Source of the DNA: Cyanobacteria bacterium P01_D01_bin.156
GTDB lineage: Bacteria; Cyanobacteriota; Cyanobacteriia; Phormidesmidales; Phormidesmidaceae
Reading direction: 5' to 3'
Assembly (NCBI GenBank): GCA_039024555.1
Contig: JBCCQQ010000035.1
Span: 1 to 64,000, forward strand
Length of the DNA: 64,000 nucleotides
The translations under genes were made by a program, and so were the position numbers. Below, one piece after another: positions 42,758 through 53,518 of the stretch (position 1 is its first letter; each line of letters begins with the position of its first letter). The notes under the pieces were generated by a model. That model searched no databases, was not told where the DNA came from, and was given only the letters and a program-made list of their open reading frames with translations.

Positions 42758-44776
42758 ATGACCAATTCCCCCTCCTCTCGGAAAGCGCTTGTTCTACAGC
42801 GAAGCTTTTCTCCATTTAGCAATCAGCTGATTAAAGCTGGCTATGTTGATACAGACCAAATGCAACAAGCATTGGTTGAGAGTCGTAAGTCAGGACGCTC
42901 ACTGACAGACGTCTTAGAATCCTTAACAGGCCAACAGTTAAGTCCAGAGCTTCTACGTCAATATAAGAAGCAGCAGCTATTCGAGCTCAAAATTCTCTAC
43001 GGTGTGGAGTCACTGGATCCAGAGATCGAAAGCGTTTCTGATACCAAAGTAGGGAATTTAATAGACGAGCTGATTCCTGTCGATATCTGCCGTCGTCACC
43101 GCTTATTGCCTCTTTCAAAAATTGACCAAGACGGCGTTTCCACCATATTAGTCGCGATGGTGGACCCAGAGAATCTGGAAGCACAGGATGATCTAAATCG
43201 TATACTGCGCCCCAAGAACCTTAAGCTGCGTCGCATGGTAATCACTGTTGAAGATTACCAACGAACGATGTCGTCTTATTTAGATGACCAAGTTGCCAAA
43301 GAAAAGCAACGAGATTTTGAGCAGTCCGTTGATGTTAGTACAAGCTTAGAAGATTTGGATCTGGATGGGTCAGACCTTGAAGAAGCCATAGATGAGGAAG
43401 CAGATTTAGGGGCTGCAGTTCAGGATGCAGGTGCTGCTCCCGTTATTGCTCTGGTCAATAAAATTCTGGTGAAGGCACTGCAAGAAGGTGCATCGGATAT
43501 TCATGTAGAACCACAAGAGGAATTTTTACGTATCCGCTTTCGGCGAGATGGCGTTCTTAGACAAGCTTTCCAAAAGCTACCGAAAAAAATTATCCCAGCA
43601 GCTACAGCGCGTTTGAAAATTATTGCGGATCTCGATATTGCAGAACGCCGCATTCCCCAAGATGGACGGATTCGTCGCGTTTTCCAAGGACGTAAGGTCG
43701 ATTTTCGAGTCAGTACAATTCCTAGTCGATACGGGGAGAAGGTCGTTCTACGAATATTGGACAACAGTAATACACAGCTAGGTCTAGATAAGCTTATTAC
43801 TGACAACGAAACCCTGGAAATTGTCAGAGATATGACCAGTTCCCCGTACGGGCTAATTCTGGTTACAGGTCCTACTGGTTCGGGTAAAACAACCACACTC
43901 TATTCCGTTCTGTCAGAGCGCAACGATCCAAGCATTAACATCAGCACTGCCGAAGATCCCATCGAATATGCATTACCTGGTATCACTCAGGTACAGGTCA
44001 TCCGTGAAAAGGGAATTGACTTCTCCATGTTGCTGCGAGCATTTCTGCGGCAAGATCCTGATGTCATTTTAGTCGGTGAGACGCGGGACGCTGAAACCGC
44101 TAAAACAGCGATTGAAGCTGCACTGACTGGTCACTTGGTTTTGACTACTCTACATACTAATGACGCAGCAGGCGCAATTTCTCGACTGGGGGAAATGGAA
44201 GTTGAGGCTTTTCAGGTCTCAAGCTCATTAATTGGTGTCCTAGCACAGCGTTTGGTACGGCGAGTATGTTCTGATTGCCGCATAGCCTACTCGCCAAGCA
44301 GCGAAGAACTTGCAAGGTTTGGATTAAGTTCGTCCGGGGGTGACATTAAATTCTATCGGGCTAATACTATTCCTCCAGATCAAGTGGAGGCATTACAGGA
44401 TAGTGGCGAACTGTGTGAAACATGCCAAGGGGCAGGTTATAAGGGACGGGTCGGCGTTTATGAGGTAATGCGCATCACTGAAAACTTACAACAGATGATT
44501 TCTGATGGTGCACCTGCTGAGAGTATCAAGGAAGCTGCCGTCGAAGAGGGCATGCAGACGCTATTAGCATACAGTCTCAAGCTAGTTGAACAGGGCTACA
44601 CAACATTGGAAGAGGTGGAACGCGTTACCTTTACCGATACGGGATTAGAAGCTGAACTCAAAGCCAGACGGAAGAGCGTGCTCAGCTGCACTACCTGTGG
44701 AGCAGAACTCCATCATGAATGGCTTGATTGCCCATACTGCCTAACTCCACGCTTTCAAAATAGTTCATCAGAATAA
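42758..44776 (+). CDS. pilB: Type IV pilus assembly ATPase PilB with C-terminal Cys4 domain
   Basis: ASDIHVEP, GPTGSGKTT, LRQDPD, tail CTTC..CPYC typical of cyanobacterial PilB1. Confidence 0.95.
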   Translation: MTNSPSSRKALVLQRSFSPFSNQLIKAGYVDTDQMQQALVESRKSGRSLTDVLESLTGQQLSPELLRQYKKQQLFELKILYGVESLDPEIESVSDTKVGNLIDELIPVDICRRHRLLPLSKIDQDGVSTILVAMVDPENLEAQDDLNRILRPKNLKLRRMVITVEDYQRTMSSYLDDQVAKEKQRDFEQSVDVSTSLEDLDLDGSDLEEAIDEEADLGAAVQDAGAAPVIALVNKILVKALQEGASDIHVEPQEEFLRIRFRRDGVLRQAFQKLPKKIIPAATARLKIIADLDIAERRIPQDGRIRRVFQGRKVDFRVSTIPSRYGEKVVLRILDNSNTQLGLDKLITDNETLEIVRDMTSSPYGLILVTGPTGSGKTTTLYSVLSERNDPSINISTAEDPIEYALPGITQVQVIREKGIDFSMLLRAFLRQDPDVILVGETRDAETAKTAIEAALTGHLVLTTLHTNDAAGAISRLGEMEVEAFQVSSSLIGVLAQRLVRRVCSDCRIAYSPSSEELARFGLSSSGGDIKFYRANTIPPDQVEALQDSGELCETCQGAGYKGRVGVYEVMRITENLQQMISDGAPAESIKEAAVEEGMQTLLAYSLKLVEQGYTTLEEVERVTFTDTGLEAELKARRKSVLSCTTCGAELHHEWLDCPYCLTPRFQNSSSE

Positions 44777-44907
44777 CGCTGGATGTAATTCCCATCTGCA
44801 GATTGGGTAATATCATCACTATCGCGTACTCATCGACTGGAAGACCCCTGTCATTCCTCTTTATTTTTGTCCATAAAAATTTGTAGATATCTACCTGAGG
44901 TGGCGCT

Positions 44908-46050
44908 ATGGAAATGATGATTGAAGATTTGATGGAAGAGGTCGTTGAAAGAGGAGGCTCTGATCTTCATCTTTCGGCAGGGCTTCCACCCTATATCCGC
45001 ATCAGTGGTCACCTCACGCCTACAGAACATCCGCCGATGACACCAGAACAATGTCAGCGGCTGATTTTCAGTATGTTGAATAACACTCAGAGAAAACATT
45101 TGGAACAAAACTGGGAGTTAGACTGTTCCTACGGTGTTAAGGGGTTAGCACGTTTTCGAGTCAATGTTTATAAGGATCGAGGAACCTATGCAGCCTGTCT
45201 ACGTGCATTAAGTTCTAAAATCCCTAGTACCGAGCTTTTAGGACTGCCAGAGATTGTAATTGAGTTAGCTCGTAAACCTCGGGGGTTAGTTTTGGTAACT
45301 GGACCTACAGGTTCTGGTAAGTCAACAACTCTGGCCTCAATGATTAATGACATCAACCACACCAGAGCAGAGCATATCCTTACTGTTGAGGATCCGATTG
45401 AATTTGTATACGAACCTATTAAGAGCTTAATTCACCAACGTCAGATTGGTGAAGACACTAAAAGTTTTGCTAATGCTCTCAAAGCAGCACTACGGGAAGA
45501 TCCGGACGTTATTCTTGTTGGTGAAATGCGGGATTTAGAGACTATTTCCCTAGCAATTTCGGCAGCGGAAACCGGGCATTTGGTTTTTGGGACATTGCAC
45601 ACTAGCTCCGCCTCTCAAACAGTTGATCGAATGGTTGACGTCTTTCCTCCCGAGCAACAGCAGCAAGTGAGGGTACAACTCTCAAACTCGCTTGTTGCTG
45701 TATTGAGTCAAACACTTGTACCCAAGGCCAATCCAAAACCGGGTGAATTTGGTCGAGTCATGGCCCAGGAAATCATGGTGGTTACACCCGCAATTTCTAA
45801 TCTGATTAGAGAAGGGAAAACGGCCCAAATTTATGGTGCTATTCAAACGGGTGGAAAATTAGGGATGCAGACATTGGAAATGGTGCTGGCAGACCTCTAC
45901 AAGTCTGGTACCATCAGCTTTGAGAGTGCTATAGGTAAGTCGTCTCGTGCTGATGAACTACAGCGGCTGATTAATGCGGGTGGTGCAGGCACTGCTAATC
46001 GAAATCCAGCCCAGAGAGGACGTTCAGCGACAGGTGGCATGCGTCGATAG
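44908..46050 (+). CDS. pilT: Type IV pilus retraction ATPase PilT
   Basis: SDLHL, GPTGSGKST, LREDPD, AISNLIRE. Confidence 0.96.
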   Translation: MEMMIEDLMEEVVERGGSDLHLSAGLPPYIRISGHLTPTEHPPMTPEQCQRLIFSMLNNTQRKHLEQNWELDCSYGVKGLARFRVNVYKDRGTYAACLRALSSKIPSTELLGLPEIVIELARKPRGLVLVTGPTGSGKSTTLASMINDINHTRAEHILTVEDPIEFVYEPIKSLIHQRQIGEDTKSFANALKAALREDPDVILVGEMRDLETISLAISAAETGHLVFGTLHTSSASQTVDRMVDVFPPEQQQQVRVQLSNSLVAVLSQTLVPKANPKPGEFGRVMAQEIMVVTPAISNLIREGKTAQIYGAIQTGGKLGMQTLEMVLADLYKSGTISFESAIGKSSRADELQRLINAGGAGTANRNPAQRGRSATGGMRR

Positions 46051-46160
46051 GTTACAAAATTGACCCCATGCAGGATTGCTAGGGGTTGCTTACTTTTCAG
46101 GCGACACTGTATAAAGCCTTCAATGATGTCTATGCATAAAATATTGCAGAGGTAAAACCC

Positions 46161-47384
46161 ATGCCTACCTACGTTGCGACAGGGCGAGACACTACCGGAC
46201 GTACTCGACGTGAAAAGGTTGTAGCGGCGACTCCGGGAGAAGCTCGAGCAATGCTCAAGGAGCGTGGTGTTTTCATTGAAAATATCAAACAAGATCGAGG
46301 CCTTAGCTTTAACCTTAAAGATATTCAAACATCCCTGGCTCAGGTCTCTGTTAAAGATAAGGCGGTGTTTTCTCGACAGTTTGCAGCGTTGGTTGGTGCA
46401 GGTGTCGGTCTTGTTAGGGGAATTGGCATTTTGGGTGAGCAATGTCCGAACCCCAAGTTAAAAAAGGCGCTGTTGGCCATCAATGCTGATGTACAACAGG
46501 GTAATAACTTGTCTGATTCTATGCGCAAACATCCAGCAAGCTTCGATTTGTTGTATGTCAGCATGGTACAAGCTGGTGAGGTGGGCGGTGTCTTGGACGA
46601 AGTTTTGAATCGTCTGGCAAAACTCCTAGAAGACCTTAATCGTTTGCAAAATCAGATTAAGTCTGCCATGGCTTATCCGGTGACAGTTGCAGTCTTGGCG
46701 GTCACTATTTTTGTCGGTATGACGGTATTTCTGCTACCTATTTTTGAAAATATTTTTATTGAATTAGGAGCCGAGCTGCCTGCATTTACGCAATTCATGA
46801 TCAACATCAGCCGCTTTTTGCGCAATCCGGTTGCGGTTGTTTTGACTATTGTGAGCTTTATTGTCGCAGGTATTGCTTACAGGCAGTACTACAAAACTCG
46901 TGTAGGCCGAGAAACGATGGACCGTGTGTTTCTCAAGCTTCCTCTTTTTGGAGATCTCACACAGAAGTCAGCAACCGCTAGGTTTTGTCGAACATTTGGT
47001 TCTCTTTCACGTTCTGGTGTACCAATCTTGACAGCCTTAGAAATTGTAAGGGATACATCGGGCAACCAGGTCATTGCTAATGCCATTGATGAGGCTCGCG
47101 CTGAGATTCAAACGGGGGGAATGATCAGTCTGGCATTACAACAGCATCAGGTGTTTCCTGTAATGGCTATTCAGATGATTAGCATCGGTGAGGAAACGGG
47201 TGAACTAGATCAGATGCTGATGAAGGTTGCTGACTTTTATGAGGATGAAGTTGAGCAAGCGGTTAAGGCCCTCACCAGTATTATGGAGCCTCTCATGATT
47301 GTTTTCTTAGGGGGTATGGTGGGTTCTATTTTGATTGCCATGTATCTACCTATCTTTGCTTTGCCAAACGCGGTCGGTGGATAA
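46161..47384 (+). CDS. pilC: Type IV pilus platform protein PilC
   Basis: Two GspF domains: AGEVGGVL, AMAYP, GEETGEL. Confidence 0.95.
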   Translation: MPTYVATGRDTTGRTRREKVVAATPGEARAMLKERGVFIENIKQDRGLSFNLKDIQTSLAQVSVKDKAVFSRQFAALVGAGVGLVRGIGILGEQCPNPKLKKALLAINADVQQGNNLSDSMRKHPASFDLLYVSMVQAGEVGGVLDEVLNRLAKLLEDLNRLQNQIKSAMAYPVTVAVLAVTIFVGMTVFLLPIFENIFIELGAELPAFTQFMINISRFLRNPVAVVLTIVSFIVAGIAYRQYYKTRVGRETMDRVFLKLPLFGDLTQKSATARFCRTFGSLSRSGVPILTALEIVRDTSGNQVIANAIDEARAEIQTGGMISLALQQHQVFPVMAIQMISIGEETGELDQMLMKVADFYEDEVEQAVKALTSIMEPLMIVFLGGMVGSILIAMYLPIFALPNAVGG

Positions 47385-47414
47385 GCTTTAGAAGTCAAAA
47401 TCATCTGATACATG

Positions 47415-47448
47415 AAGCGGCTAGTACTAATACTACTAGCCGCTTTTT
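47415..47448 (+). terminator. pilBTC terminator
   Basis: AAGCGGCTAGTA...TACTAGCCGCTTTTT. Confidence 0.75.
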
Positions 47449-47473
47449 GATACGTTTGAGCCAAAGATTGTCT

Positions 47474-49228
47474 CTACTGGAGTACCTCTTTGAGCTTGTG
47501 TTGGTTCCATAACTGCTGATACAAGCCAGCGGTGCTTACAAGATTTGTGTGAGTACCTGTTTGTACAATACGGCCCTGGTCCATAACAATGATGCGATCG
47601 CAATTGGCTGCTGCCGACATTTGGTGAGTGATAAAAATCACCGTTTTTCGCTGAGTACCATAGGAAAGATTATCCAAAATTTGAGTCGCCGTTTGATTGT
47701 CAACACTCGACAACGCATCATCTAACACTAAAATTGGCGCATCAATTAACAACGCCCGCCCCAATGCCGTACGTTGACGCTGGCCACCGGACAACGTGAT
47801 CCCTCGCTCGCCCACCAGAGTTTCGTACTGTTTTGGAAAATTGAAAATCTCCCCTTGAATTTGAGACAGTTTAGCGGCTTGTTCAATTTCAGGCATTTCG
47901 GCAAGGGGTACCCCGTAGCGCAAATTATTTTTAATTTTTGTGCTGAATAAAAAGCTGTCCTGGGGCACAAATGCAATCGCCCGTCGCAGGTCTTCTAGCG
48001 CCACCTGCGTAATATCAAAACCGTCTAGAAACAACTGCCCTGGGGAAATTTCTAGAATTCGAGGAAGCGCTTTGGCCAGTGTGGATTTTCCTGAACCAAT
48101 CGGCCCCACAAGAGCCACGGTTTCACCAGGCTCAATCGTAAAGGAAATATCTCGAAGGGCAGGTATGGATGTTCCTGGGTACTGATAAGTTAATCCCTCA
48201 GCTTTTAGCTGCCCAGTAACTCCCGTAGCCGATAAAGACAGCGGTTGTTTTATATTGGCCACCTTTGGTTGAGCTGCAAAAATAGCCTCAATACGGTCAA
48301 CACTAACCTCCCCCCGCTGATACGCCGTGATGGTAAACCCAAGCAACGCAGTTGGAAAAACTAGATTATTGACATACAGCAGCAAGGTGACAAAATCTCC
48401 CACTGCCAAAGTACCAGCAGCAATACTGCGAGCACCCACCGCTAAAATGATTGCCAAACTCAAGCTAGCCAAACCACCTAAAAGTGGAAATAAGGTGTTG
48501 CGAGTGCGTGCTAGGGCTAAATTAGCATCGAGCACAGCTTGATTACGTTTAGAAAAAGCTTGCTGCTCATTGATCTCCTGAGCATAAATTTTGATCAGTC
48601 CAATCCCACTCATATCCTCTTGGATTAGCGTACTCAAATCCGAGAGAGACTGCTGGACATCTAACTGTTCTTGACGCAAACGATTGCTAAAAGACCCTAC
48701 CAGAAACATCATTACTGGATAAATAGCTAACGCTACAAGGGTTAATTGCACACTGATCCGCAGCATTGCAGGAATAGTAAAGCTGTAGGCAAAGAAGGTA
48801 TTCGCCAAACTCAGCACTGCAAACCCTAACAGTCGACGAATATTATCGACGTCGCTAGTAGCCCGGTTAATCAGATCGCCAATCGTATTCTCTGCGAAAT
48901 AGGCCGATTCTAAAGACAACAAGTGCTCAAAGATACGTTGTTTTAGGTCAAACTCAACTTTACGACCCACCCCAAATAGCAATACCCGTGAAGCCATACG
49001 AATTACCCACATCACTGTTGCCAGTAACAAAATGAGCACTACGTAGCGAAAAATTGTTCCCTGACTAAACGTAATCTTGAGGCGTTCTACAGCATCCCCA
49101 ATGATTAACGGGATCCACACACTCAGAATATTGACAAATAAGAGCGTCCCAACACCAAGCAATAGCTGGTTTCGATGGGGTTGAAGGTAGCTATTTAGAT
49201 ACTGCAGCCTAGACTGTGCCATAAACAT
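47474..49228 (-). CDS. ABC exporter, fused permease and ATPase
   Basis: TM domain, GPIGSGKST, LSGGQRQR, LDDALSSVD. Confidence 0.93.
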   Translation of the reverse strand: MFMAQSRLQYLNSYLQPHRNQLLLGVGTLLFVNILSVWIPLIIGDAVERLKITFSQGTIFRYVVLILLLATVMWVIRMASRVLLFGVGRKVEFDLKQRIFEHLLSLESAYFAENTIGDLINRATSDVDNIRRLLGFAVLSLANTFFAYSFTIPAMLRISVQLTLVALAIYPVMMFLVGSFSNRLRQEQLDVQQSLSDLSTLIQEDMSGIGLIKIYAQEINEQQAFSKRNQAVLDANLALARTRNTLFPLLGGLASLSLAIILAVGARSIAAGTLAVGDFVTLLLYVNNLVFPTALLGFTITAYQRGEVSVDRIEAIFAAQPKVANIKQPLSLSATGVTGQLKAEGLTYQYPGTSIPALRDISFTIEPGETVALVGPIGSGKSTLAKALPRILEISPGQLFLDGFDITQVALEDLRRAIAFVPQDSFLFSTKIKNNLRYGVPLAEMPEIEQAAKLSQIQGEIFNFPKQYETLVGERGITLSGGQRQRTALGRALLIDAPILVLDDALSSVDNQTATQILDNLSYGTQRKTVIFITHQMSAAANCDRIIVMDQGRIVQTGTHTNLVSTAGLYQQLWNQHKLKEVLQ

Positions 49229-49396
49229 ACTCGAAACGTGATTGCAGCCTGTGCCGCTTCACTATCCTAGTACTCCATCGTCAGACTTAGCAGAAACCAC
49301 TGACAATGAAAGGGTTAAACCCTCTATCAAAGCTTTGAAATAGCAGGAATAAAATGACTATTACAAGCCCAGGGCTCAGAAACATCGTCAGGCAAC

Positions 49397-50491
49397 TTAA
49401 ACCTCAATATTAGGATCCCAACCAAAATCAAATCCAGGTAACCATCCCCGTAAAAAGTAGTACGTTGAGGTTAAAACCTCGTCCCAATAACGGGATGTTA
49501 GCTGCAGAGCATCTACACTGGGAATGATGTCGGGCAGTCGCTCAAATGTATCGTTACCTGACCAAAGATTTAAAGCTTTGAAGTCAGTGGGCTTGGCAAT
49601 CACCTGTAGCCCCATTTTCTCAAAGGTCAGAGCTGAACGAGTCATAGTCATGGCAGGAGCCACTAAAACAATTCGTCGATCGGTTAATTCATTGCGATCA
49701 TTTTGAGCAGGTAATACTTGCTGTTGTCGCAAAAATTCATCAACTTCTCGAGCAGTTCTATGGGCATTCAATCCCGTAGACTCAAATACAATAACTCCTT
49801 CAGGCACACCATTGTTAAGTAGTACTGTTCTAATATTTTGCCTTTGCGCTTGACTAGTCTCACCGTCACCACCCGGATCAGCGGTAACAAAAACAAATGG
49901 ATCGGCCCCCTCACGGCGAGCATCGCCATACAGCTGCGCTGCATAGATTAGTCGAGGTACTAAAGTGGAGTTATAGGCTTGCTCACTAGCACTCTGAAAA
50001 CTAACTGTCTCCCTAAATGTCGTTGCATCATCTCCTAACACAACAATGGCACCCGCACGACTTAGCTGACCACCAATCACATCTACAGGACAAACGTCAG
50101 CACATTGTTCAGCTCGTCGAATAAATGCTTGTTGAATTTCTGCTTCTGAACTTCTGACAAAACTACGGCTCACAATTGGCACACTGGTTAGCAACAAAAT
50201 CGCTAGCGCTGCAACTACCTGGCGGCCTTTCACTTTTTCTATACCTTCGCTAATGGACGATCCCAATAGTAAAACTGTTGCCCCCAAGGGGGTTAGCGGC
50301 AGGGAAATCAAACGCCAAATTGTCCCTATCGTTTCATCATTGGGATTGGTATAAGCAGCGACGATCAGGGTTAAAACGACCACACCACCAAACCAAGTGA
50401 GATACTTTGGCGGGATGATTTTGGTCAAAATGTACCAAATCAACAGCCCAATAGTGGCCCAAAGTAGAACACGAGTAAGCAGGACAAGCAT
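49397..50491 (-). CDS. YdcF/DUF218 family membrane protein
   Basis: N-terminal TMs, AIVVLG, RLIYAAQLY, GVPE..I..E. Confidence 0.75.
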   Translation of the reverse strand: MLVLLTRVLLWATIGLLIWYILTKIIPPKYLTWFGGVVVLTLIVAAYTNPNDETIGTIWRLISLPLTPLGATVLLLGSSISEGIEKVKGRQVVAALAILLLTSVPIVSRSFVRSSEAEIQQAFIRRAEQCADVCPVDVIGGQLSRAGAIVVLGDDATTFRETVSFQSASEQAYNSTLVPRLIYAAQLYGDARREGADPFVFVTADPGGDGETSQAQRQNIRTVLLNNGVPEGVIVFESTGLNAHRTAREVDEFLRQQQVLPAQNDRNELTDRRIVLVAPAMTMTRSALTFEKMGLQVIAKPTDFKALNLWSGNDTFERLPDIIPSVDALQLTSRYWDEVLTSTYYFLRGWLPGFDFGWDPNIEV

Positions 50492-50689
50492 AGTGATCTT
50501 TTAGAGAACAGGCGCGGAGTTGTTCAAAAGTTAAGCACATTCGTTTCATTTCGGCTACTGGGCTAAGCCCTAAAGCCGGAACCAATATACATGGATCTGT
50601 ACGTAGATGGGTTCAAAACAGTTAAAAACATTTGGGAATCTTGCCTACTAAGACACCCCTTCTCCGCCTAGTTTGGGGCCTAATAAGAC

Positions 50690-50716
50690 AAAACGGGAGC
50701 CGTTCAAGACTCCCGC
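50690..50716 (-). terminator. Terminator of the DUF1517 gene
   Basis: CGGGAG...CTCCCG stem with a T run on the minus strand. Confidence 0.55.
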
Positions 50717-50758
50717 TGACCCATTAATAGCTTGATAGAGCCTGTCAGAGACAGGAAA

Positions 50759-51718
50759 TTACACCAACTTGAGATTGGGATATTGGGCAATCACTTCATC
50801 ACTGGTTAAGGTTTCACCACTGGCCTGTGGAGTCCACAATACCTCAACTGCCATCAGGGCATCACTAGAGATCGCACCAATTTGATTCAGAGCATCTTTT
50901 ACGGTCTGCTCAGACTTCACACTAGGTAGGGCCAGCTTACCTTGGGCCGCAACAATCAGCGTGGCGATAATATACTCTCCGGGCTCTTCACTAGCACCAG
51001 GTAGCGCAGCTGGGGTTTGGGTGCCAGACAGCTGGTTGTTTACATTGGACACGGCTTCATGACTAAACTTGCTACGTTCCATCAACGCCAACCGGTTAAA
51101 CTCCACTTCGGCAGATGTGAGTTTTGTGGTCACTATGTCTGTGTCGGCATAAGCCCAGTAGTCGGGGTGCCGTAATAATGACAACGTGCTTTCTTGCAAA
51201 ACTTTGGTAAGGCCAATCGATGAACTGGTATCCGCTGAGGTGGCTAGCTGGTTGAGATCATCCTGGAGATAGCGGGCTTTGGCTAACAGTCCAATCTGTA
51301 AACGGGCAATGGATACCGTGGGATTAGGGCTATAGGTCTCCCCCCCTAGGGCGCTATCGCCAAAGCCACTGGCCCGAAAGCTGCGGACAAGAAAGGATGC
51401 GATCGCAAAAAAGATCAGCAAACTAAACAACCCGCCACCGCCAAAGCCAAACAGCGGAATCATAAAGGGAAATCCAAAGCCAAAACCACCGCCTGGGTAG
51501 TAACCACTGGATGGCCCTCGATAGCTACGAGGAGTGGAATAGGTACGACCATAGGATGGTCGGCGCGCCCTAAAGCTACCACCACCAATTCGACCACCCG
51601 ACCTCGCAGCCCAAGCTGCATCAGCCTGAGAGAACACCATAACCAATGCCAGAACACATGCTAAAAAAGGTTTGAGCAGAGGACGTAGCCAAGACTTTAC
51701 TCGGATTAATCGACTCAT
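50759..51718 (-). CDS. DUF1517 protein (FLAP1/FlpA-like)
   Basis: SGGRIGGGSF, LLRHPDYW, ERSKF, EVLWTPQ, YPNL. Confidence 0.88.
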   Translation of the reverse strand: MSRLIRVKSWLRPLLKPFLACVLALVMVFSQADAAWAARSGGRIGGGSFRARRPSYGRTYSTPRSYRGPSSGYYPGGGFGFGFPFMIPLFGFGGGGLFSLLIFFAIASFLVRSFRASGFGDSALGGETYSPNPTVSIARLQIGLLAKARYLQDDLNQLATSADTSSSIGLTKVLQESTLSLLRHPDYWAYADTDIVTTKLTSAEVEFNRLALMERSKFSHEAVSNVNNQLSGTQTPAALPGASEEPGEYIIATLIVAAQGKLALPSVKSEQTVKDALNQIGAISSDALMAVEVLWTPQASGETLTSDEVIAQYPNLKLV

Positions 51719-51917
51719 AATGCAGATTGCTAAAATGCTGAGACTCCTTAGGGTTCCGCCAGGCTAGTGGCTGCATTTCTCAAAGCGTGAGGGATAACAG
51801 TAAACCTGACTCACAACTGGCGCTGCCAATTGCTATAGCTAACCACAATGTAGCCATTCTTACTTTAACGTGTTTAGCCAGGGCCAATCGATAGCTCCCA
51901 TAGGGGGGATTACCGAC

Positions 51918-52154
51918 CTAGCCCCCACCCACAATAGTCACTACCTCTAAACGATCATCGGTTTCCACGACCGTAATCTCCCAAAACTGACGATGGAGAA
52001 TTTCCCCGTTATATTCCACGGCCACCAATCGAGGATCCATCTCGAGTTGAGTCAACAATTGAGGTAGTGTAGTGCCTTTAGCACAAGCATGACGCTCACC
52101 ATTAACTTGCAGGGTGACCGTCTCTGAGTTTGAGCTTGAATCGATTGTGGACAT
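51918..52154 (-). CDS. thiS: Sulfur carrier ThiS
   Basis: VNGE, AVEYNGEI, C-terminal IVGGG. Confidence 0.93.
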   Translation of the reverse strand: MSTIDSSSNSETVTLQVNGERHACAKGTTLPQLLTQLEMDPRLVAVEYNGEILHRQFWEITVVETDDRLEVVTIVGGG

Positions 52155-52167
52155 AGTCTTGATGGGG

Positions 52168-53205
52168 TTAATCAAAATACTGATTGACTTCACGAGTAAT
52201 CTGAGTCGGATCGTCAGCTTGCATAATGGCTCTCACAATCGCCACACCAGGCGCTCCTGCCTCACGCACAGCCGCCACGTTGGTCAAATCAATCCCGCCA
52301 ATGGCAAACCAGGGCATGGGGGCATGCTCGACTGCGTAGCGAATATACTCATAGCCTGCCGCTGCTTTACCAGGCTTAGTGGGCGTAGCATACACTGGAC
52401 CGACACCAATATAATCAGCCCCTTCATCAATTGCCCGAGCCATCTCTGAAGGATTGGTAGTAGAACGCCCCACAATGGGTAATGGCCCTAGAATACGACG
52501 GGCGGCCTCCATCGGCAGATCCTGCTGCCCTAGGTGGACTCCATCCGCACCGACCACCGCCGCGATATCTACCCGGTCATTGACAATGAATAAACTATCG
52601 TAGCGGTGGCATAAATCCTTTAGCTGTACCGCCAACTGCAGGCGAATTTCGTCATCTGCCGACTTTTCTCGGTATTGCACAATATCTACCCCCCCTTTCA
52701 GAGCAGCTTCCACAATGGCTACCAGTTGATCGCTGGGTGAAGTTACCAGATATGAGCGCGCCCCAGCTAGACGCTGCCGTAGAGTATGCCCTAGCAGCTG
52801 ACTTTCTAGGGTGTAGAGCTGATAACGCATTTGTTTAGCGCCACTAGCCATCTCCAAAGAATATAGTTTGCCATATTCTTCTAGGACTCGTAGAGCTTCT
52901 TGAACTCGACAACAATTGACCTGAACAACAGTTTGTAACGTATCTCGCTGTTCTTCTTGAGGATGGCTGAGGGCAGTGCCTGGATCGCCGGGTGTATCGC
53001 GACTTTGCCGAATCAGCGAACTATGCCAGCTGCCCAATGTTTGCCGGAAATGTTTGATTTTCTCGGTCAGCCCAGCATCATTGAGACCAAAGCGGCACCA
53101 CTCTTCCAAAATACGTAGCCCTTCACGGGCGCGATCTAGATTGGCATCTAAAATTCGGTATAGCACTTGCTGAGAAGGTTGATCAGCAACGGTTACAGGG
53201 TTCAT
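52168..53205 (-). CDS. thiE: Thiamine phosphate synthase, cyanobacterial long form
   Basis: RILDANLDRAREGLR, QYREK, VND, GVHLGQQD, TPTK, AIGGI. Confidence 0.95.
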   Translation of the reverse strand: MNPVTVADQPSQQVLYRILDANLDRAREGLRILEEWCRFGLNDAGLTEKIKHFRQTLGSWHSSLIRQSRDTPGDPGTALSHPQEEQRDTLQTVVQVNCCRVQEALRVLEEYGKLYSLEMASGAKQMRYQLYTLESQLLGHTLRQRLAGARSYLVTSPSDQLVAIVEAALKGGVDIVQYREKSADDEIRLQLAVQLKDLCHRYDSLFIVNDRVDIAAVVGADGVHLGQQDLPMEAARRILGPLPIVGRSTTNPSEMARAIDEGADYIGVGPVYATPTKPGKAAAGYEYIRYAVEHAPMPWFAIGGIDLTNVAAVREAGAPGVAIVRAIMQADDPTQITREVNQYFD

Positions 53206-53518
53206 AACAGATTCAGGGCACCACAGGTTTCCTATGGTATCAGCTGTAAACTCTACATACGCAATCCCCAATACCTCCACACATTCAAGTCAATCCGTTA
53301 AAAGGGGTTGACAAATACCCAAGTCGCTACCACAATTCCAAACACAATCAGGGGTTGTTTAGACCCAGACGACATTTTGCTCCACGCACCCACAGCAAAT
53401 TTGCAGCGCTTACATTGATTTGGGAAGGTGGGCAGAGCGTCATCGTAACGAAGGCGGACGGTTCTATATGTCGCCGACCACTCACTTTGTGAATATGACG
53501 ATGTACGCAAAAAGCCAT

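Noticed and set aside
44680..44776. Extra Cys4 zinc ribbon at the PilB C-terminus
   Set aside because: Known feature of cyanobacterial PilB1 (Hfq-docking region); not novel
51725..51815. TPP-riboswitch-like words (CTGAGA, AACCTGA, GCGTGAGGGA) near thiS
   Set aside because: Wrong order, opposite strand and downstream of thiES; no TPP motif seen upstream of thiE either
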